A stretch of 64,000 nt of DNA from positions 130,594 through 194,593 of the forward strand of contig CBDCBW010000010.1 in the NCBI GenBank assembly GCA_965214485.1. Reading direction: 5' to 3'. Shown piece by piece: positions 34,588 through 43,476 of this stretch (position 1 is the first letter of the stretch; each line of letters opens with the position of its first letter). Below the pieces are notes generated by a model. It did no database searches, was not told the DNA's origin, and saw nothing but the letters and a program-made list of their open reading frames with translations. Source of the DNA: Rhodothermales bacterium. Its GTDB lineage: Bacteria > Bacteroidota > Rhodothermia > Rhodothermales > JANQRZ01. The translations under genes were made by a program, and so were the position numbers.

Positions 34588-35045
34588 GCGGCGTCCGGGT
34601 GGACCGGGCTCAGCGGCGTGTACCGGACCTGCGACAGCCCTCCCCCGATGACGACGTAGCCGTCGCGCTCGAGCCATGCATGCGCCAGGAGTTTGCGACC
34701 GTCCTTGCTGACGCCGAGGTGAAGCGAGGTTTCGTAGCCGCCCCGCCGCAGCATCCGCTGCGCGACGAGCGCCTGCGTCAGGCACGGCTTGTCGCCCAGC
34801 GTCCGTCGTCCCACCGCCTCCACGGCGGCGACGACGCGCTGCCGGAAGGCTGCCCCCTCTTGGATAGTGACAGGAGCTACCTCTCTTCGCCCTGAACTCG
34901 TTAGACCTGAGCCTGCCAGACGCTGCACCGTGCGATAGGGCAGCACCCACAACCCCACCCGCACCGCCGCTACCAGCGCAAGCGCGTGCAGCAGGAGCAT
35001 CTTGTCCTCCCCGGACCGGTCTAGGAATTTACGAAGGGCTCCCAT
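34584..35045 (-). CDS. Lasso-peptide leader peptidase (B2, transglutaminase-like Cys protease)
   Basis: 153 aa. N-terminal LRKFLDRSGEDKMLLLHALALVAAVRVGLWVLPYRTV, catalytic Cys context KPCLTQALVAQRMLRRGG and His context LLAHAWLERDG are all typical of lasso B2 proteins. Confidence 0.8.
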   Translation of the reverse strand: MGALRKFLDRSGEDKMLLLHALALVAAVRVGLWVLPYRTVQRLAGSGLTSSGRREVAPVTIQEGAAFRQRVVAAVEAVGRRTLGDKPCLTQALVAQRMLRRGGYETSLHLGVSKDGRKLLAHAWLERDGYVVIGGGLSQVRYTPLSPVHPDAA

Positions 35046-35319
35046 CCGTGATCTCGATGAGCTGACGCTGCTCCATCTCGTGCAAAAACGCGAGGAGGTC
35101 TTCCTTCAGCTTACTCTCCTTCACATCGTACTCCTGGAGCAAGGCGTCCATGATGCGTTCCACCGAACGCGGTTTCCGCACGAGGTCGAAGATGCGGGCT
35201 CCTAGCTCGTTCAGGCCGTAATAGCGCCCCGAGTTAGGGTCCAGCACGACGGCCTCTCCACCGAGATCAGCAGCCGTCAAGCCCGGCGTCACTACAACAG
35301 TCGATTGCTCTGTCATCAT
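35029..35319 (-). CDS. PqqD-family RiPP recognition element (lasso B1)
   Basis: GEAVVLDPNSGRYYGLNELGARIFDLV...ERIMDALLQEYDV is the PqqD/RRE pattern. ATG at 35319, with an alternative TTG at 35331. It overlaps the B2 start by 17 nt. Confidence 0.75.
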   Translation of the reverse strand: MMTEQSTVVVTPGLTAADLGGEAVVLDPNSGRYYGLNELGARIFDLVRKPRSVERIMDALLQEYDVKESKLKEDLLAFLHEMEQRQLIEITDGSPS

Positions 35320-35477
35320 GAGCAGGTTCAAGGTGAGTTACCTCCGAAGGGATTTAAGGGCACAGTATAGAGCGCGTCCGACTGAAGTGCCTACGCCCGC
35401 CCGAGATTCTACCGAGCAACGTGCCGTTTTGGTGCCAGCACATCCTGTGCCGTGAGCCTGCCAAGCACCGAGAGTTC

Positions 35478-36758
35478 TCAGGACGCTGCCCCCGACATAT
35501 TGAAGCCCGGTCTCGGACTGAGCCGCTGGCCTCCGTGCTCCTGAGCTTCCTGGATCCTTCCTGCAGCCACCGGCTCCGCAGGAGCATCCTGCTCCACGTC
35601 ATTCTCGAAAGCTGTGGCATACGACGCCAGCTCTACGTGCTCCCGAAGCCGGTCCTCAGTTCCGAGCGAAGGCACCCCGATCGGGTGAACGTCCGGTCCG
35701 ACGTAGCTACGCCGGAGATATTTCAGCCTGTTCAACCCGAGGCCAGCCAAAGCGAGCACGGCAACGACGATTCCGACGCTATAGGCAGCCGAGGTCACGC
35801 TCATCATCACAGCCGCGCCTCCGAACGAAACCGCCACCGCGTAGAGCACCAGCACAGCCTGGCGGTGCGACAGCGTCCGCGTGAGCCGGTGGTGAATGTG
35901 GTCCCGATCCGGCGCGAAGATCGCCTGCTGCCCGAGGAAACGCCGAGCGATGGAGAGCGCCGTGTCGATCAGCGGCAGGCCGAGCACGACGGCCGGGATG
36001 AGCACGGCCAGCCAGGGGTTGGGGTGGCCGGTGCCGGAGAGGCTGTACGTCGCCAGCAGATAGCCCAGGAACAGGCTCCCGGAATCGCCCATGAAGATAG
36101 ACGCCGGGTTGAAGTTGAACAGCAAGAACCCAGCGAGCGCCCCGGTGATGATGAGAGCGATCAGGACGAGGCCCAACTCGCCGTTGAGCCCGAAGATCAG
36201 TCCCAGCGACGCGAAGGCGATCAGCGACACCCCGGCGGCGAGGCCGTCGAGGCCGTCAAGCAGGTTGACGGCGTTGATCACGCCGACGACCCAGAGCAGC
36301 GTCAGCGGCATCGAGATGAGCGCGTGCGTGTAGGGGTCCTCGCCCAGGAACGGTATTCCCGCCAGGTCGATCCGGTACCCGGCGTGCAGCAGGGCGTACG
36401 CGACGAGGAGTTGGACGAGGAACTTGCCCTTGAAGCCGAGGCCCCGGATGTCGTCGTAGAAGCCGGCGGCCACAATCACGAGCGCGCCCACCCACAGAGC
36501 CGACGAGGGGAACTGAACATCGAAGTGCAGCAGGTCCCGGACCGCGTGCAGGTAGGCAAGCCCCACGGCGAACCCAATCGCGATGGCGACGCCGCCAACA
36601 GCCGGGACGATGGCCGCGTGTAGCTTCCGCTGTCCATCCGGGTGGTCAACCCAGTCCCGTTCAATTGCAAGACGCCGTACGACCGGCGTGAGCAGGCCCG
36701 TCGTCCCGAAAGCGACGAAGAAGCCTGTGATGAGGGTGATGAGTACCGAATACTCCAT
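35478..36758 (-). CDS. Polyprenyl-phosphate HexNAc-1-phosphate transferase (MraY/WecA/WbpL family, GT4 superfamily)
   Basis: 426 aa with about 10-11 TM helices and motifs YDDIRGL, NAVNLLDGLDGLA, NPASIFMGDSGSLFLGY and DRDHIHH. It also has an about 90-aa non-membrane C-terminal tail. Confidence 0.8.
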   Translation of the reverse strand: MEYSVLITLITGFFVAFGTTGLLTPVVRRLAIERDWVDHPDGQRKLHAAIVPAVGGVAIAIGFAVGLAYLHAVRDLLHFDVQFPSSALWVGALVIVAAGFYDDIRGLGFKGKFLVQLLVAYALLHAGYRIDLAGIPFLGEDPYTHALISMPLTLLWVVGVINAVNLLDGLDGLAAGVSLIAFASLGLIFGLNGELGLVLIALIITGALAGFLLFNFNPASIFMGDSGSLFLGYLLATYSLSGTGHPNPWLAVLIPAVVLGLPLIDTALSIARRFLGQQAIFAPDRDHIHHRLTRTLSHRQAVLVLYAVAVSFGGAAVMMSVTSAAYSVGIVVAVLALAGLGLNRLKYLRRSYVGPDVHPIGVPSLGTEDRLREHVELASYATAFENDVEQDAPAEPVAAGRIQEAQEHGGQRLSPRPGFNMSGAAS

Positions 36759-37156
36759 AGGACCGAGGGTGCGTGTCTCAGAGGGTGCTACCTACCGTAG
36801 GCAAGTAGTCCTTCCGCATTGGGCTGAAGGTAGTCGGTATGGAGTAGGTACCGGAATCGTGCCTTTTGCAGATGAGAGCGAGGACCTGTAAAGGGCTAGG
36901 CCCATATTCGCGCCCTGTTCAGAGTCTACAGCTTCAGAGAAGCTACGCCAAGCACCCTAGCTATCTTTGGAGAACAGAGGATGCGCCTTTGAGAGCTCGC
37001 GCCTAGCACCTCAGGCGTAGCAGCGGTGAGCTTAAAGCCAGACACGTCCTCCGCGCTAGGCAGAGGTCATTATCATCAGGTGAAATCTTGAAGGGGCTCT
37101 CCCCTCCCGAGACGGCTCTGAGGACGTGGAATGCCCGCCGGGCTAGTTGAACCGGG

Positions 37157-37651
37157 CTAATTGAACACTGAATAGAGGCGGAGGCCGAGCAGAGTCAGAC
37201 TCGCTAGTTCAGAGGCTAGCCTGAGCACCTGTCTGTAGTCGAAGGATCTCAAGGCCTGGGTCTCGATGGCGATGGCATCTCCGTCCTGCAGGGTAGGGTA
37301 GGCGTTAGCCTGAACGACCAGCTCTCCGGTCCTCGCCTCGTAGATCACGGTCCGCTCGCCGCCTTGCTCGCGCAGCACGCGCACGGTCTTTCTGACCTCC
37401 ACCTGGTCCGTCTCCCGCTCGAAGAACGAGACGCCGGCCAGGGCAAGAAACTTGTCTAGGGCGACGGATTCCCCAATCACGTAGACGCCGCTCCTCGTGT
37501 CCCCCATCAGTATCACTTCGTTCGTGGCCTCGCCGGGGAGGGCGAAGACGGTGCTGCCGGGATAGGGGACTTCCTGTGCCTTCACTTCTGCGGGGAAAAC
37601 GAGAAGCAGAGTCAGAGCACAGGCGGTGCAGAACGGTGCAAGACGTTTCAT
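37157..37651 (-). CDS. SLBB-domain periplasmic polysaccharide-export-like protein (short Wza-like)
   Basis: Start at the ATG at 37651 gives a signal peptide (MKRLAPFCTACALTLLLVFPAEVKAQ). The SLBB-like pattern is GVYVIGESVALDKFLALAGV ... LQDGDAIAIE. It is shorter than canonical Wza. Confidence 0.45.
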   Translation of the reverse strand: MKRLAPFCTACALTLLLVFPAEVKAQEVPYPGSTVFALPGEATNEVILMGDTRSGVYVIGESVALDKFLALAGVSFFERETDQVEVRKTVRVLREQGGERTVIYEARTGELVVQANAYPTLQDGDAIAIETQALRSFDYRQVLRLASELASLTLLGLRLYSVFN

Positions 37652-37767
37652 GGGCGTCGTAGAGGAGAGGGGGAACATAGCCGTGCGCCGTGTGCATCGG
37701 CCAGCAAGGCGTTACACACGGCGCACAGTGGAAGGGGGCCTAAGCCCTGGAACGGGAATATAACGCG

Positions 37768-40158
37768 CTAGGCCTTCTGGGACCAGCGCGACGGCTTCCA
37801 CCACGGCTCGACGGCCTGCTCGCCAGGGCCGTAGCTGTACTTCGAGTACGGTCCGTAGACCCCGTAGCTGTACTTGTAGCCGTAGGCCAGCGATAGGTCG
37901 AACCGGTTGAGCAGCGTCCCGACGACGTGGGCACCGACATCGGACAGGCGCTCGAGGCTGTGGTCGAGGTCGCCCTCTTTCGTCTTCCCTGCTGCCGCGA
38001 CGATAATCGTCGCGTCGGCCTGAGTCGAAAGAAGGACCGCCTCGGTGGCGGCGAGCACCGGCGGCGTGTCAATGATGATCATGTCGAACTGGCCGCGCAG
38101 CATCTCGAGCACGTCGCGCATCCGCTTCGAGCCGAGCAGCTCCGAGGGGCTTTCTATGAGCGTCGGATCGGGGTCGTCCGTCAGGTCCTGCTCGTCGAAG
38201 CCATTGTCGAGAAGGCCTCCGGCGGGCATGACGTAGAGGTTCTCGTCGAGCGAGCTCTGGAAGGCCTGCAGCGACTGCTCTCCGTCGAGGAGCACCTGCA
38301 CGAGGCCCGGCTCCAGACTGCGCCCGAGCAGCGAGTGCTGCTTCGGACGCCGAAGGTCGGCATCGATCAGCAGCGTCCGGCGCTTGGCCTGCGCCATCGT
38401 CAGCGCGAGGTTGGCCGCCGTCGTGGACTTCCCCTCGGAGGGGGCGGCACTCGTCACGAGAAGCGTCTGGACGATCACGCCGGGCCGGCTGAACTGGATG
38501 GCCGTCCGGAGGTGGCGGTAGGCCTCCGCCGCGGCCGAGAGCGGATCGAGCAGCGTGGTGAGACTCGTCGCCACGTTCATCCCTCGGAACTCGGTCACCT
38601 CGTCGCCGCCGTAGGCCTGTTTGATGTGAGGCTCCATGTTGGGAATCACCCCGATGACGTTCTGGTCCCGGTCGCGGAGCTGGTCCGGTTTGTAGATTCG
38701 GTTGTCGAGCTTGTCGCGCACGAAAGCCAGCGCGATGCCCAGAGCGAGGCCCAGCAGCAGGCCCATCGCTATGGTGTTCCAGCGGCTCGGACCCTCGGGC
38801 AGGCCCGGGACCTGCGCCGCGCGGAGGACGCGAGCGTATCCCGGCTCAGACTCCTGAGCGATCTCCGTTTCCTGAAGGCGCTCGACGACGAAGGAGTACA
38901 TCTGCTCGGCCTGCTGGCGCTGGCGCTCTAGACGAGCCAGGTCCGTGGACTGCCCTGGAATCTGGCTCAGTTCGCCCTGCATCTCTCCGATCCGGCGGTC
39001 CATCAGGTTGATGCGGGCGTCGATGCCGTTCATCGTGATGTCGTCCGATATCATCTGCCGGCTCAGCTCGGCGGCGTAGCTGACGGCGCTGGGGCCCTGA
39101 TCGATGCCGCCCGCTGCCAGCACGTCCTCGACGTAGGTTTCCGAGAGCCGCTGCCTCTCGGCTCGGGCAGCCGACAGCCGTCGGTCGATGACAGCAAGCT
39201 CCTCGGCGCGCTTCTGCTGAGCGGCTGTAGCGTCGGTGCCGATCCCGGCTTCAAAGCTCAGGATCGTCTGCTTCCGGTTCTCGAGGCTGGCGATCTCCTG
39301 CTCGAGGGAGACCAAACGCTGGTCCGTCTCCGAGGTCATGCGCTCGACGAGTTGGGGGCTGATCTGTGCCAGCGCCTCCTCGGTCGTCGCCATCTGTGCC
39401 CGGCGCATCTGCCGGTCGAGCTCTGCGCTCTCGCGCTGTGCCTCGAGGCTGGCGATCTGCGAGACCATGGCTTCACCGGACTGGGTGAGGCCGGCAGCCT
39501 GGTTGGTTTCCATAAAGCGCTGCACCTCGTCCTCGGCGGCGCGCAGCTCTTCCAGACGCTGCTCAGCCTGCTCCTCCAAAAACTCGTAGGTCTGGTCGAG
39601 GTACGTCCGGCTCACGTCCTGCGTCTGGCGGACGTATTCCTCGGCGTAGATGTTCGCCAAGCGCGCGGCCTCCTGCCGGTCCAGGCTCTCCGAGGTCACC
39701 TGAATCGCGTTATCCAGCGTCCGGCTCGCAGGGCCGAACTGGACGCGCCCCGTCGGGGGGTAGTTCACGTCCGGGTCCTCGTCGTTCATCTCCTCCAGCC
39801 GCTGGTAGACCCGGCGGTGGATATTCTGGTCGTTCTGGAGAATGAACAGCTCCGTCACCATGGAGCGGTCGCTGCGGACGAAGGGGGTGCCCGAGGCTTC
39901 CGGGGCACCGCTGCCGCCACTCGGTGCCCGCTGGAGCTCGAGCATGACCAGCGCTCGGGCTTGGTACTCGGGCTCCAGCGTCAGGCTGTAGATAAGCGCA
40001 CCGGTGGTGACGAGTACCAGCGCTACGATGATGATCAGCCGCCGCCGGTAGAGGGTGTCGAGAAGTTGCTCCAGCTGCTTGTTCTTCGTCTGCGAAGGGA
40101 TATACGAGTATCCTCCGGAAGAAGCACTACGCTCGCGGTCGGTCTCAGGAGTTTGCAT
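37768..40158 (-). CDS. wzc: Polysaccharide co-polymerase fused to BY-tyrosine kinase (Wzc/GumC-like)
   Basis: 796 aa with an N-terminal TM segment, a long coiled-coil periplasmic region and a second TM segment. The kinase has Walker A SAAPSEGKSTTAANLA, A' LLIDADLRRP and B IIIDTPPV. The C-terminal Tyr cluster is YGYKYSYGVYGPYSKYSYG. Confidence 0.85.
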   Translation of the reverse strand: MQTPETDRERSASSGGYSYIPSQTKNKQLEQLLDTLYRRRLIIIVALVLVTTGALIYSLTLEPEYQARALVMLELQRAPSGGSGAPEASGTPFVRSDRSMVTELFILQNDQNIHRRVYQRLEEMNDEDPDVNYPPTGRVQFGPASRTLDNAIQVTSESLDRQEAARLANIYAEEYVRQTQDVSRTYLDQTYEFLEEQAEQRLEELRAAEDEVQRFMETNQAAGLTQSGEAMVSQIASLEAQRESAELDRQMRRAQMATTEEALAQISPQLVERMTSETDQRLVSLEQEIASLENRKQTILSFEAGIGTDATAAQQKRAEELAVIDRRLSAARAERQRLSETYVEDVLAAGGIDQGPSAVSYAAELSRQMISDDITMNGIDARINLMDRRIGEMQGELSQIPGQSTDLARLERQRQQAEQMYSFVVERLQETEIAQESEPGYARVLRAAQVPGLPEGPSRWNTIAMGLLLGLALGIALAFVRDKLDNRIYKPDQLRDRDQNVIGVIPNMEPHIKQAYGGDEVTEFRGMNVATSLTTLLDPLSAAAEAYRHLRTAIQFSRPGVIVQTLLVTSAAPSEGKSTTAANLALTMAQAKRRTLLIDADLRRPKQHSLLGRSLEPGLVQVLLDGEQSLQAFQSSLDENLYVMPAGGLLDNGFDEQDLTDDPDPTLIESPSELLGSKRMRDVLEMLRGQFDMIIIDTPPVLAATEAVLLSTQADATIIVAAAGKTKEGDLDHSLERLSDVGAHVVGTLLNRFDLSLAYGYKYSYGVYGPYSKYSYGPGEQAVEPWWKPSRWSQKA

Positions 40159-40694
40159 GTCGTAAGGCCTGGTAGGCGTCTGTCGGCGTAAAATAAAAGG
40201 GTGTTAAGCGCGGAGACTTCCTCGCGCTCCACACGCGGCCTAGCACTAAGCCAGTACTAAGAACGTCAACTCTGCAGCCTAAAGGAAATGAAGAAGGTAC
40301 CACTTCCAGCAGGATCACGTCGGCGTCATCAGGCGCAGCGCCCATAGGCTTCTGGCGCAATGGGTGCTGGGCGATTCGCTCAAGGGTTATCGGCCCCCGC
40401 TACGAGCACTCCAGCATAGGCAAGAGCCATTCCGATTCTCGCCCGGCCGATTTCAAATTGTTCGAGCATTTCGAAATTCCCCCTCGGTACCTCTCTATCT
40501 ACTGCTCCTGCTACACACACCCTGCACCTTGCCGCTAAGAGAACCGCACGATTTGTAAGCGCGGCGTCACGCGGGGTGCATAGAGGTGTCAGTAACGGGC
40601 TGCTAAAGGAATCCAGGCCAAACCAGCGCCCCGCACGGTATGTCGCTTGTCAAACGTGGGAGTACGAAACGTGCCCACGACTACCGACAACCCC

Positions 40695-41444
40695 ATGCGA
40701 ACGCGTCTCTGCTTTATCCTCATCGCCCCTCTTTTGCTAAGCCTGGCGAGCGTTGTACGCGCCGATCCTCATTTTGATACGTGCAGCGCGCGCACGGGCA
40801 GCAATGCCACCATCGTAGTCCCCCTTTCTACCGCACGCATCAACGGGGCTCCCATGGAAGAGGGCGACGAGATGGCGATCTTTACCCCGGATGGGGTGTG
40901 CGCCGGCTACACGGTGTGGGAGGACGACCACGCCGTACTCGTCGCCTGGGAAAACAGCCCACTGACCACGGTGGCCGATGGCTTCGAACCGGGACAGCCG
41001 CTGGCGTATGCCATTTGGGATGCCTCCACAGCCGTTGAGTACGGGCGGGGTTTCGGTGGAGTGTACGTAGCCTACAACCTCGTGGTCGCCGAGAGCGAGC
41101 TGTTCGAGACCGATGCCATCTATGTGGTGTCAGACCTCGCTGCCTCGGACGCGGTATCGAACGAAGCATCGGCTCCGGCGACGTTTGCACTCGGCTCTAA
41201 CTACCCCAATCCGTTTGCCCAGCGGACGACCATCCGGTACGAGCTACCCGAGGGTACCCCTGTGACGCTCGAGGTCTTCGACATGATGGGACGCCGGGTG
41301 GCCGTTCTCGTCAACGAGACCATGCCTGCGGGCGAGCACGAGGTCAGCTTCGACGCGGAGAGCAGCTTGTCCAGCGGCGTCTATCTCTATTCGATCCGAG
41401 CAGGGGCATACGCGTCGAACCGAAAGATGACGATCCTCGGCTGA
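40695..41444 (+). CDS. Secreted T9SS-sorted protein of unknown function
   Basis: Start at the ATG at 40695 gives the signal peptide MRTRLCFILIAPLLLSLASVVRA. The C-terminus NYPNPFAQRTTIRYEL...SGVYLYSIRAG...MTILG is a T9SS CTD. Confidence 0.65.
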   Translation: MRTRLCFILIAPLLLSLASVVRADPHFDTCSARTGSNATIVVPLSTARINGAPMEEGDEMAIFTPDGVCAGYTVWEDDHAVLVAWENSPLTTVADGFEPGQPLAYAIWDASTAVEYGRGFGGVYVAYNLVVAESELFETDAIYVVSDLAASDAVSNEASAPATFALGSNYPNPFAQRTTIRYELPEGTPVTLEVFDMMGRRVAVLVNETMPAGEHEVSFDAESSLSSGVYLYSIRAGAYASNRKMTILG

Positions 41445-41679
41445 GCGGCCCTAGGCTTCGCGGGCACCGGCCCGGACTCCACCGACGAGTCCAGGCCAGC
41501 TTTCTTTGGCCGAGCCTTGAACGCAGGATTATGGTTCGGTGAGGTTCGGCAATTATTCGTTCTGGCTGCATTTTTGAGGTTTAGTTTTGGATACAGAAGC
41601 AGACTAGGTCGAAGGCTGAAGGGGAGAGCCCAGGACGCTGGGTGCCTCATGCGCTTCCAGCTATCGGAGAGGACACCTT

Positions 41680-43476
41680 ATGTGCGGGATTGCAGCAGCG
41701 TTTGCCTACGGCGGCTCGGGCGTGGACCCGGCCTGGCTCGGGCGAGCGTGCGACGCGATGGCCGCGCGCGGGCCGGACGGTTCGGGCCTCTGGATGACCC
41801 CGGACAGCCGCGCTGGGCTGGGACACCGCCGCCTCTCGATCATTGATCTGTCCGAGGCCGGCGCACAGCCGATGGCCTCCGGTGCCCACGTCCTCTGCTT
41901 CAACGGCGAGATCTACAACTACCGGGCGCTGCGCGATAACTTGGAGCGCCGAGGGCACCGCTTCGCCTCGCACTCGGACACCGAGGTGCTGCTTCGCCTC
42001 TGGGCCGAGCACGGCGAGGGCATGGTCGAGCACCTCCGGGGGATGTTCGCCTTCGCGCTCTGGGACGCCGAGCGCGGCGGGCTCTTCCTCGCCCGCGACC
42101 CCTACGGCGTCAAGCCGCTCTACCTCGCCGACGACGGCGCAACGTTCCGCGCGGCCTCTCAGGTGAAAGCCCTGCTCGCGGGCGGCGGCATCGACACGTC
42201 GCCGGAGCCGGCGGGCCACGTCGGGTTCTTTTTGTGGGGGCACGTGCCGGAGCCCTACACCTTGTATAAAGGTATCCGCGCGCTGCCCGCCGGGCATACG
42301 CTGTGGATCGACGGCTCGGGCGAGCGCCGCGAGCGCGCGTTCACGACCGTCGACGCCGTGCTGGCCGAGGCCACGCCGGAGCACGTCAACGGAGAGGCCC
42401 GGCACCGGCTCCGCGAGGCGCTGCTCGACAGCGTGCGGCACCACCTCGTGGCGGACGTGGACGTGGGCGTCTTCCTTTCGTCGGGCCGGGACTCGGCGAC
42501 GCTCGCGGCGCTCGCCGCCGAGGTCGGAGGGCGGCTCCGCACCGTCACGCTCGGCTTCGCCGAGTACCGGGGGAGCGAGCACGACGAAGTCCCCCTCGCC
42601 GAGCGCGTGGCGGCGCACTACGGGGCCGAGCACAACACCGTCTGGATCGGCCAGAGCGATTTCCGCGACGCCTTCGAGCGTTTCCTCGCCGCGATGGACC
42701 AGCCGACGACGGACGGCCTCAACAGCTATTTCGTCAGCCGGGCGGCGGCGCAGGCCGGCCTCAAGGTGGCCCTCTCCGGGCTGGGCGGCGACGAGCTCTT
42801 CGGCGGCTACCCGAGCTTTACCGAAATCCCCCGGCTCGTGGCTCTCACCCGGCGCATCCCTCTCGCGGCGCGGATCGGGCCGGGCGTGCGGGCGGTGTCG
42901 GCCCCCGTGCTGCGGCGCTTCACGTCGCCCAAGTACGCCGGGCTGCTCGAATACGGCACCGACTACGCCGGGGCGTACCTCCTGCGCCGGGGGATGTTCA
43001 TGCCGTGGGAGCTGCCCGAGGTTCTCGACCCGGACCTCGTGCGCGAGGGCTGGCGCGCGCTCGATACCCGCGCCCGGCTCAAGGCCACGGTCGCCGATAT
43101 CCGCGCGAGCCGGTTAAAAATCTCGGCGCTGGAGTCGATGTGGTATATGCGGAACCAGCTTCTTCGAGACACCGATTGGGCGAGCATGGCGCATTCGCTC
43201 GAAGTCCGGGTTCCGCTCGTCGATGTCGCGCTGCTGCGCGCCGTCGCCCCGCTCCTCGTTGCCCGGCCCGACCTCGGCAAGCACAGTCTCGCCGAGACGC
43301 CGGCCCGCCCGCTCCCCGACGCCATCTTGCACCGTCCCAAAACCGGTTTCACCACGCCCGTCCGCCAGTGGATGCTGGAGGACGGCACGGTCGCGCCGAG
43401 CGACCGCGGGCTGCGCGGTTGGGCGCGGCAGGTCTACGCGCGCACCTGGGACGCCGCCGCCGGGCCGGTCGCATGA
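41680..43476 (+). CDS. Asparagine synthase (glutamine-hydrolysing)-family amidotransferase
   Basis: 598 aa. The N-terminal MCGIAA provides the Cys2 nucleophile. It has GLGHRRLSIIDL and the PP-loop FLSSGRDSA. In glycan clusters this family commonly amidates uronic acids. Confidence 0.8.
   Translation: MCGIAAAFAYGGSGVDPAWLGRACDAMAARGPDGSGLWMTPDSRAGLGHRRLSIIDLSEAGAQPMASGAHVLCFNGEIYNYRALRDNLERRGHRFASHSDTEVLLRLWAEHGEGMVEHLRGMFAFALWDAERGGLFLARDPYGVKPLYLADDGATFRAASQVKALLAGGGIDTSPEPAGHVGFFLWGHVPEPYTLYKGIRALPAGHTLWIDGSGERRERAFTTVDAVLAEATPEHVNGEARHRLREALLDSVRHHLVADVDVGVFLSSGRDSATLAALAAEVGGRLRTVTLGFAEYRGSEHDEVPLAERVAAHYGAEHNTVWIGQSDFRDAFERFLAAMDQPTTDGLNSYFVSRAAAQAGLKVALSGLGGDELFGGYPSFTEIPRLVALTRRIPLAARIGPGVRAVSAPVLRRFTSPKYAGLLEYGTDYAGAYLLRRGMFMPWELPEVLDPDLVREGWRALDTRARLKATVADIRASRLKISALESMWYMRNQLLRDTDWASMAHSLEVRVPLVDVALLRAVAPLLVARPDLGKHSLAETPARPLPDAILHRPKTGFTTPVRQWMLEDGTVAPSDRGLRGWARQVYARTWDAAAGPVA

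Noticed and set aside
34588-34950. N-terminal extension of the cyclase ORF (819-aa version), and the 102-aa version of the precursor ORF (32289-32411)
   Set aside because: The cyclase extension overlaps the B2 protease gene in another frame and is Arg-rich. The GTG at 34587 gives the canonical ...GLYRLDG cyclase N-terminus and a GTGA coupling with B2. For the precursor, only the internal ATG at 32288 yields the YxxPxLx3Gx5Tx leader.
41680-43476. Second asparagine-synthase homolog considered as a second lasso cyclase
   Set aside because: It retains the MCG N-terminal glutamine-amidotransferase nucleophile and is translationally coupled (ATGA) to a GT4 gene in the glycan block. This fits a sugar amidotransferase, not a RiPP cyclase.
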